Source: the human T2T-CHM13v2.0 reference genome, Homo sapiens
Length of the DNA stretch: 64,000 nucleotides
Assembly: GCF_009914755.1 (NCBI RefSeq)
Contig: NC_060926.1
Reading direction: 5' to 3' (one strand)
Shown: positions 55,110 to 64,000 of the stretch, in pieces
How positions within the stretch are numbered: position 1 is the first letter of the stretch
Layout: each line of letters opens with the position of its first letter
Made by a program: the position numbers and the translations under genes
The notes under the pieces: generated by a model
The model's input: only the letters and a program-made list of their open reading frames with translations
Told to the model about the DNA's origin: nothing
Database searches by the model: none

Positions 55110-55960
55110 ATCCAAAAGCAATTTAATAAAAAGATATTGTACACCAGCCATGTGCCTACTTTATGCTATGTCCCGTGAAGAAGACAGAAGTAAATATGAT
55201 AGTTATGAGTTAAATGGATAAGCAGAAGAAAAAAAAAAAACACAAACCGATGTATTATAAGGAGGTTAAAGATTGTGAAATGGAAACTAAAAGGTTCTCT
55301 GGAAATATATAGCTGCAACTGTATTTAATATTTTGGGTCACAATAGGAAAATACTTTCAAATGAAATGGAATTTCAGTAGGACCTGTGGACAGAAGTAGT
55401 ATTTCTGAGAGGATGAAGAGCCTTACAAGAAGAGGGAATCACATATACAAAGGCCCCAAGTTAAGGGAGATGAAACATGTTTACAAAATAAGCGCACACT
55501 GCCAGGAGACAGACACAAGATCACTTGGAAGAAGAGGTCAAGACCATTATCTGGAGAACTGCTGGAGAGCTGTGTTGAAGATTTAGACTTTCCTCAAAGG
55601 CCAGTGGAAAGCCTTGATAGGATTTTTAAGCAGAAAGTGATATATTTATATATCAAAATGCAAAAGTGCTTACTCACATTATAAACACAAAAATGGGTAC
55701 AAGTGGGGCAGAAGATACAGAGGAAACAAGTAGGTGTGTGTGCTAACATGTAGGTATGATTGATTATAGGATTATATTTTTGACGCTGAAATGGCAATCA
55801 GGAGGGAGTAAAGGAGTTGGGCTGACTTAAAAGGTAGAAATAAAAGTACTTCATTATTTATTCAATATTAAAGTGAGGGAGATATAAAAGACAAATATGA
55901 CTCTGGTTTCTTGCATCTATAATTGGGAGAAAGGTGCACCATTTACTTATATAGGGAGAA
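55110..55960 (-). mobile_element. L2 LINE fragments
   Basis: CCATGTGCCTAC.., CAGTGGAAAGCCTTGATAGGATTTTAAGCAGAAAGTGA, ATGACTCTGGTTTCTTGC..AATTGGG. Confidence 0.55.
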
Positions 55961-56934
55961 ATGTCAAAGAAAAGTTTGGAAAAGTGGAGATCAATAAAAG
56001 ACATCACCTATTCAAAAGAGTCAGTCATTTTGTTACGCACTTTACATGAATTATTTCAATTACTTTTGTCACACCATAATAAGATAAAATCAGTTAGCTT
56101 TCTAATTCTACAGGTTTTAATAAATAACCTGAAGCTTAGATTCTAAAACCTTGTTTAAGGTCACAGAGGTGTTAAATAATATAGATTAGATAAACATCTT
56201 AAGCTAAATCTGTCTGAATTCAAAGAGATTTACAAGAGTTTTTGCTCTTAACCACTGTAGTGCATCTCTTCTTCTTTCAAGCATATTATATAAATGGAAT
56301 TGTACATAAGTCCTTTTGTAGATTGACTTTATTTGCTCAATATAATTTCAAGAAAATACATCCAAGTTATCACCAGTATCAGTAGTCTGTTTCTTTTTAT
56401 GTTGAGTAGCATTCCATTGTATGGACATACCACAGTTTGTTTAACCATCCACGCATTGAAGGACATCTATGTTGTTTCCAATTTCTATTTTAATAAAGCT
56501 GCTAGAAACATCCATGTACAGGTTTTTATGTGAACAAAAGTTTTCATTTTTTAGATAAATGCCCAGGAGTGCTATTGCTGAACTGTACAGTAGTTGTATG
56601 TTTAGTTTTGTTTAAAAAGCAAAAAAACCAACAACAAACAAACAAAACCTCTCTCATATCCACATAGTGATACCTCATTGTTGTTTTAATTTGCATTTCT
56701 GTAATGACTAATAAGACTACACATCTTTTCATGTGCTTATTATCATATATAGATCATCTTCAGTGAAATGGCCCATTTTTTTGTCTTTTTCTCTTTTTCT
56801 AATTAGATTGTACTTTTATTTTAGGGCTGAATTTTGAGTTTTTTTTATGTATTGTAGATTATAGCCCTCTGTCAGCTATGTAGTTTGCAAATATTTTCTG
56901 CCAAACTGTAGCATGTCCTTAAAAACTTTTAACA

Positions 56935-57304
56935 GGCCAGGTGTGGTGGCTCACCCCTATAATCTTAGCAGTTTGGGAGGCTGAGGCAGGCAGATCACAT
57001 GCGGCCAGGTGTTCAAGAGCAGCCTGGCCAACGTGATGAAACCCTGTCTCTACTAAAAATACAAAAATTAACCAGGTGTGATGTCGCATGCCTGTAATCC
57101 TAGCTATTTGGGAGGCTCAGGCAGAAGAGTCGCTTGAACCCAGAATGTGGAGATGGCAATGAGCTAAGATCGCACCGCTGCACTCCAGCCTGGGCAACAG
57201 AGCATGACTCAGTCTCAAAAAAAAAAAAGAAAAAAAAAAGAAGAAGAAGACAAAGAAAGAAAGAAAGAAGGAAGGAAGGAAGGAAGGAAGGAAGGAAGGA
57301 AGGA

Positions 57305-57352
<48 letters not shown>

Positions 57353-57353
57353 G
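56935..57353 (+). mobile_element. AluS with greatly expanded purine tail
   Basis: full Alu; perfect 14-nt TSD AAAACTTTTAACAG at 56922-56935 and 57354-57367 (last G shared with the Alu start). Confidence 0.95.
57217..57353. repeat. compound An/(GAA)n/(GGAA)9/(GAAA)12 STR
   Basis: GGAA x9 at 57270-57305, GAAA x12 at 57303-57350. Confidence 0.97.
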
Positions 57354-58980
57354 AAAACTTTTAACAGAGTATGTTGTAGAGTGTAAGTTCTTAATCTCAA
57401 TGAAGTTTAGTATATCAAATTTTTTCTTTTATGGATTGTCCCTTCTATTGTCAAGTCAATATAATACAGCCACTCCTTATTTGTTGTTGTTTAGTATTTT
57501 CATGACATATATATCTCCAACCTTTCTATCTGCAATATTTGAAATATTAGGCATTACATTATATACACATTAGAGTCTACTGGTATCAACATTTTACCAG
57601 TTTGAGTTGAGTGCAGAATAATTACTGCATTTTCCATCTCTTTATTCTTTCCTATGTATAGTATAATTTTCTTAATGTTTTCTCAACATACATTTAAAAA
57701 TATATCAGTGTTATAATTTTTTCTTCAATCGTTAAACACCATTCAGAAAATAAAAGAGAGGAAGAAAAGCTTATTGTATTTACCATATGTTTGCTTACTA
57801 TGTTCTTTTCTTCTGATGTTTCTATACGCCTTTTTAAAATAATTTCTTTTTAAGGAACTTTTTTTTAGCCATTCTTTTAAGGTAGGTTGGTTGGCAAAAA
57901 AAAAGATTCTCTTAGTTTTGCTTTATCTACAAAAGTATTAATTTCTCCTTCATTTCTGAAGGATACTTCTGCTGTGTATAGGACGCTGGGTTGACTATTA
58001 TTTTCTTTTAGTGTTTGCATAATGCTCTGCCACTTCATTCTGACTTTCATGGTTTTTGTAGAATTTTACTGTCATTCAAATTGTTTTTCCTTTTATAGGT
58101 AGTATTATTTTTGTCATAATGTTTTCAAATGTTTTGATTTCAAATCAAAACATTTTAGATTTTAGATTTCAAATGTTTGACTATGATATGTCTTGATGTG
58201 TATTTCTTTGGTTTTCCCTATTTGGGGTTCCCTCACCTGCTTGTATCTATAGGTTTATATCTTTGACAAATTTGACAATTTTGCAGCTGTTATTTTTACC
58301 AAGTATGTTTTCAGCCCTGCTATCTTTCTTCTCTTTTCTCAGGACTCTGACAAAATGAAGGTTGTATTTTTGTAGAGTTCTACACATCTTTGAGGCTCTG
58401 TTCAATTTTTTCTAAGTCTCTTTTCTCCCTGTTTCAGATTCGGTAATTTCAATTAATTTACCTTAAAGTTCATTGATTTGTTCCTCTCTTCAGTCCATTG
58501 TATAATTGAGGTGTTTTTGTTTTGTTTCATTTTTACATCAGTAATTGTGATTTTTGGAGTATAGAATTCCCATTTACTCCTTCTTTATATCTTCTATTGC
58601 TTTTATGACACTTTCTATTTTTTTCACGTTTCAAGTGTGTTTTTCACTGCTTATTAAAACAAGGTTACGCCAGCTACTTCACTGCTTGTTAAAATATTTT
58701 TATGCCAGCTACTTCAAAATGTTTGTCAGATAATTCTAATATCTCTGTTTGATTTTCCTCTTGCTAGGCTACCTTATATCTAGTTCTTTAGGAGAAAGCT
58801 CTTCTTGGGCTTTTTTCTGTACCTATTGGTATTTTCAGGTTATTGACTTCTTCAGATTTAGGTCTGAGATGTATAAAGCAAATTGATAATCCAGGGAATT
58901 GACCACCATGTTACCATTTGAGCCCATAGTTTTCTAGCCACTGAGTTTGCTTCTCTTCCCCTTTCAGATTCTTCTTATGT

Positions 58981-59270
58981 TTTATTTATACATATACATA
59001 TAAAATATATATTTCATATATATGGAATATAATTGATTATATTGATATATAATAAATTACAGTATATAATCAATAATAAGCATTGATTATATATCATTTA
59101 TATATGTATACTATATATACAATATACGTGTGTATACATGCAATTATATATATACACAATCTATATGTGTATATATATACAATCTATACGTGTGTATATA
59201 TATACACAAATTATATATATGCTACGGTTGTGTGTATGTATATTTATGTATAGATACGCATGTATGTATA
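58981..59270. repeat. degenerate (TA)/(TATG)-rich low-complexity tract
   Basis: direct reading; recurring TATATATACAAT(C/A)TA(T)..GTGT units. Confidence 0.85.
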
Positions 59271-61755
59271 ATTTCCAGGAGAGGTTTCTAAGAGTTTTTT
59301 TCAGTTGAATATTTTTCTGTTTTTTTATTACCTAAAAATATTTTTATTTTGCCTTCATTGATGAAGGTTATTTTTGCCTCAGAGTAACATTACAAGTTGG
59401 CAGTTAATTTTAGCCTACTGAAGATATTATGTAACTATTTTCTGGTTTTCACTGTTTAGAAAATTTTTTTTTGGTCTAACTCTACCTGCCTTGAAGGTAA
59501 TCTGTCTTTCCCTCTGACCACTTTTAAACTTTTCTCGTTATCTTCGGTTTCCTGACATTTCACTATGGTAATTCTAAGAGTGGATTTTTAAAAATTCATT
59601 TTAGTAGGGATTTGGGAGTCTTATTTAATGAGTAATTTTCAGTCTTTTACTTTATTAAAAAATGATTAGCCAATATTTCTTTCAGCATAACCTCTGCCAC
59701 TTTATGTCTCTACTATCATTTGAGGTTTCAATTAAATCTGTGTTAGACCTTCTCACTTATCCTGTACATTCTTTACTCTCTCTTCTATATTTTTGGTATT
59801 TATGTGCCACTGTGATTTATTCTGAAAATTTCCTCTCACCTGCATTGCAGACATCATCTTTAACCATGTCTGAACTGGTGTTAAATTGCTTGTTGAGTCC
59901 TTAACTTCGTGTATTACATATTTTTAAATAATTCTAGGTGTATTTTTAAATTCTTTATGAAATGTTCCCTAACCTTTAAAAACATTTATTTTTGCCTGCC
60001 AGTATTTTCAAGTGTATCTTTTATTTAGTTAAGCACAGCAAATGCACTTGTTTTTTACCCTGTAGCTAATCACTATTATATCAAATCTTAATGGGATGTT
60101 TCTTTTGTCTTTTGTTTTTCTAACTCTTTGTCATAGTGTACTGTTTCCTTGCATACTAGTTATCTTTGTTTTGTGCTGTAATTCCATTTTCAAAATTACG
60201 TGCAGGCATAATTTGTGAGCTAGAATAATTTCACTTTTCTCCAGAGAGTATATCTAGTTGCATCTAGCAGATAACTGAGTGTACTTCTGGTCTGGAACCA
60301 TCTTAATTTGAGTGCAGACTTAAACTCCCCTGGACATTTATCTCTGCCTGGTTGATGATTTGACTCAGGTGTGGTTCCTCTCACCTGTAAAGTGAATTGA
60401 GATTATCAGAGAAGTGGTATTTGGAGATCCATGATTTTCACACTTGATCTACTTGCTATTCTACATTTCCAAAAATGCAGCTCACTTTCACAGCTCTTTC
60501 TTCCTGCTCTCCAAATGCCCTCAAGACCTAAGTACATTTGAGTTTTAAACTTGTATTTCTGGGTTATTGGCCTTTTCTCACTTTTTGGCCCTGTAAATCC
60601 TTACTATTTGATTAACCCTTAGATATATTGTTACAAATGTTTTTTATTTTAATTTCATCCTCTTGTAGGAAGATCAGTCTGAACAATCTATCCCACTATT
60701 CTCAGACACAGATGTCTTGGTGGCTCTGTAATTCCTACTCCACTCTGAAGTCCTAATTCAGGTCTTCGTAATTTTCCCACCAGATATGTTAAAATGGCTT
60801 CATAATTTATTCTCTTTCAGACAATCTGTCCTTTTATTAAGCATGCATTATGATTTAGGGACTATATTACAATTGTTGACCATCTCACTGCTACCCTGAG
60901 GTAGGAACTATCTTCATTTCGAAAATGATAAAGATCATTCTTGGAGATGCTATTACTTTTCTGAAGTAATATCAGTGGACCAGGGGCTAGGATCTTGATT
61001 GTCTGACCATGTATCCCTGTCCCTGCCTTCATCGTTCAATGACTTTGATTGCCGCTCTGCTGTGACCAAGTTTATCCCTCTGCGGCACGTGGTGAGAGCT
61101 GGGAGACAGGACCGTGCCTTTCTTCTCTCTGCCTGGGTCACCAGAAATGATCCTCCCACAGACTAGGAGATTAGAGAAGATGCAGTGGATAATCATGAGA
61201 ATATATGGCACGTAGATACCTGCATGTCCTCATGTTCACACTCATGACTCTGCTCTGCATCTGAACTCTGGATCTAACCCTGACTCCTAGTCAGACAGAG
61301 TAGGAAGAACTGTGACTGCCAGTTCTAGACAAGAAGAAACTGTGGGTCACAGGGAACACACCACTCCCAGACACCTGAATCTACACAGCATGCACAGTAT
61401 AGACATCTTTCCTACTCAGATAGTGGCATAGATGCTTTCTTTTCCCAGCAAGTTTCAGTCATTTCAAGGTTGTCTCATAAACTGTCATGAGAAATAGCAC
61501 ATTTGGGGTTAAGCATCAAAAAACAACACACCCATCATTTTTATTGAGGCTTATTTCATTTCAGAGAACTTTTTCCAAATTTGATTATATAAGCCTATTT
61601 TCTCTTCTGCTTCCTATGTAGGTCAAGTTGGTATTTTCTTTCAATGCATAGGGAAATAATTATAATGAGTGAGGGCACTAAGGGAAAAAAATCCTACATT
61701 TTTGTGTTGCAAAGCAGCTAAAAATGTTCACTACTAGTACAGGGAAGACAACACT

Positions 61756-62131
61756 TGATATGGTTTGGCTGTGTTCCCACCCAAATCTCATCTTGAATTG
61801 TAGTTCCCATAATCCCCATGTGTCACAAGAGGGACCTGGTGGGAGGTAATTGAATTATGGGGGTGGGGACCCTCATGGTATTCTCATGATAGTGAGTGAG
61901 TTCTCATGAGATCTGATAGTTTTATAAGGGGCTTTTCCCCTTTTTGCTTGAAACTTCTCCTTCCTTTCACCATGTGAAGAAGGACATGTTTGCTTCCCCT
62001 TCCACCATGATTGTAAGTTTCCTGAGACCTCTCCAGCCATGCTTAACTGTGAGTCAATTAAGTGTCTTTCCTCTATAAGCTACCCACTCTCCGGTATGTT
62101 TTCATTAACAGTGTGAGAATGAACTAATACA
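61756..62131 (+). mobile_element. THE1C-like MaLR solo LTR
   Basis: TGATATGGTTTGGCTGTG..CAAATCTCATCTTGAATTGTAGTTCCCATAATCCCC..GTGAAGAAGGACATGTTTGCTTCCCC..ACTAATACA. Confidence 0.94.
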
Positions 62132-63309
62132 CCAGCTCAGCTCTCCTGGGTGGTCTGATGACCTGGTGAGTGTCCTCTGGATGGGTCTGGGAGTCTTTCT
62201 TCATGGCATCTCTTTTGTTCTCAGTGCCTCTCCTCACAATCTTGACCATACATGTCTTTGTTGCACAATGTGAAAAATGAACTCAACTTTCCCAAGTGGG
62301 CATTGGTACAGTTCCTCTTTTCTGTTAACATCTCAAACAGAAATACCAGGAATAAGAAAATCTGGAGGGTTTTGGACTCTTGAATGGGGACTTGATCTCC
62401 AAAAGTACAGATAGGCATTCACTAGCTCCAGGGATAATCAAGTTCACAGAGAGTTGGTTTCTGGACCATGAATGTTTGTGAAGGGTGAGTTTTATAGTTA
62501 CAAAGGAATTAAGCTATTGATGAAGGATTAATTCTCAAGGGAATGATTAATGCTTAAGTAAATCCATTCCTTAAAGCAAATCATGTCTGCACATTCTTTT
62601 ACTCTAGGAAGTCTTGGAACTCCATCCATCAAGGCAGACAAATGTATGAAAAGTGAACTTCTTTGCTAGCTTACCCAAGGTCAGTTTTCTATGAATATGA
62701 TATAGATTTGTCAGTACAGGAAGGAGATGCCTTCAGCAATGGAAAATTTGATGGAAAGGTGTTAATTTTAAAATCCAACGATTTAGTCTGGGGAGCTTGC
62801 CCACTGAGTTACAAATGGGACCCAGTAAGTTGGGGAGCTGTCTCTCTTTCCCTATTACACAGTGTGTGTGTAACATTAAGAGGTATCAGACAATGTTGAT
62901 TCTATACTCACAAGAAGGGAGGTGAGCGATGAAGTTAAAAGTCTTTTGGTATAGTCCATGTTTATGAGAACAATTGGACCATTCTCTTCACACGTTTTTC
63001 AGGAGCATTTGTTGAGCACTGCACTGGACAGAACACTTGACATTTTAAACCACACTCCCACCCCTCTTTAACAAAATCTGTTTTAAAAAGAACCATGAAC
63101 TTTCTATATTTAAACATTGCTAGAAGAAAATATCAATGGCTTACACTTTTACTAATATTTTAATTTCAGACATAGAGGTCTATGCCCATGATGGGCACCA
63201 GTAAATTTTAGGATTTTGCTGTAATTCTTTACTTATCTGTGCTGATAAATGTGTCCATCTACCAGTGTGGAAAGTATTTTCCAGGTGTGATCGTGCATAA
63301 GTTTCCTGA

Positions 63310-63890
63310 CTATGAAATGAAGAAAGCTCCTCGAAGGCAGGGGCTATGGCTTTGTCAGTTTTGTATCTCATTGTCTAGAACATTTGAAAGCATTTTAAAA
63401 AAATTATTATTCAGAGAATAAATGGTTGGCTAATTGAATGACTGGCTCACTAAGTAAATGAAAAGCAACTATTTATCCAAATGCATTATATCATAAAGCC
63501 CCATGCTGTGCCCTCTCATTCATTCTCATTATTAATCAACATTGGAAAAGGCAGCCTTATTTACAGATGAAGAAACAAGCCCACTACAGATTACAGGTAA
63601 ATGTGATTGTCAAGAGCTCTCTCTCCTGGCCACATGCCATTATTAGAGATAAGCGGGGACAGGCAGACATCTACAACAACATTACAGCTGCCCTCATGGA
63701 GTTCTGAGGCCATGTGGTTAAGGGCCTCATCTCTCATGCTTACTGGGTTTGAAAACCCTTTTCTTCACTTCCTCTCAAATTCTCAATCTCTTATAGCCAT
63801 TTATTTTTTCTCTGTAAAATGGGGAAAGTGATGTTGGGAGTTTAAGTGAGATACTGCATGTGATGTGTTTAGTGTAATGTCCCCTAAACT
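63310..63890. mobile_element. L2 3' end (+), MIR (-), MIR (+)
   Basis: AAGCTCCTCGAAGGCAGGG..AATAAATGG..TGAATGA; TTTACAGATGAAGAAACAAG; TTTTCTCTGTAAAATGGGGA. Confidence 0.55.
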
Positions 63891-64000
63891 TTAGCTTTCC
63901 ATGCAACATTTGCAAGGAACAATAAGGCATGCAGAGCAGGAGTGCAGAATTGGGCCTGGCCAAGAAGAAGGAGGTAATATTCATTTTTTGTCTGCTACAC

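Larger units (their letters stand above)
56280..60680 (-). mobile_element. cluster of old antisense L1M (L1ME/MD/M4-like) fragments
   Basis: GAGTAGCATTCCATTGTATGG..CACAGTTTGTTTAACCA, GTGATACCTCATTGTTGTTTTAATTTGCATTTC, T-rich antisense 5'/ORF1-type sequence; probably several elements. Confidence 0.7.

Noticed and set aside
57134-57400. Lys/Glu/Arg-rich and Phe/Leu/Ser-rich ORFs
   Set aside because: Translations of the purine microsatellite.

Overview
This is AT-rich, CpG-poor primate genomic DNA, intergenic or deep intronic. An L1PA2-type insertion suggests a hominid (human/great ape). It is dominated by transposon relics: 9 Alus or Alu fragments, L1PA/L1PB/L1MA/L1M LINEs, L2/L3/MIR, MaLR/ERVL solo LTRs (THE1, MST, MLT1, MLT2, LTR16) and DNA transposons (MER20, MER44, MER63, MER5), plus microsatellites. 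I find no host protein-coding gene, RNA gene, CRISPR array or CpG island. The only protein-like ORFs are broken L1 ORF1/ORF2 pieces. I cannot support a claim of a new biological system. The best leads are: (1) three independent 5'-inverted (twin-primed) L1 insertions, one of which turns the L1 antisense-promoter/ORF0 region to face its own ORF2; (2) several fold-back or templated-insertion scars inside L1 relics; (3) a few candidate non-coding exons and LTR-adjacent splice donors; (4) small motif-bearing tandem and dyad repeats. Repeat family and subfamily names come from recalled consensus features, not a database search. Boundaries of old repeats are approximate.
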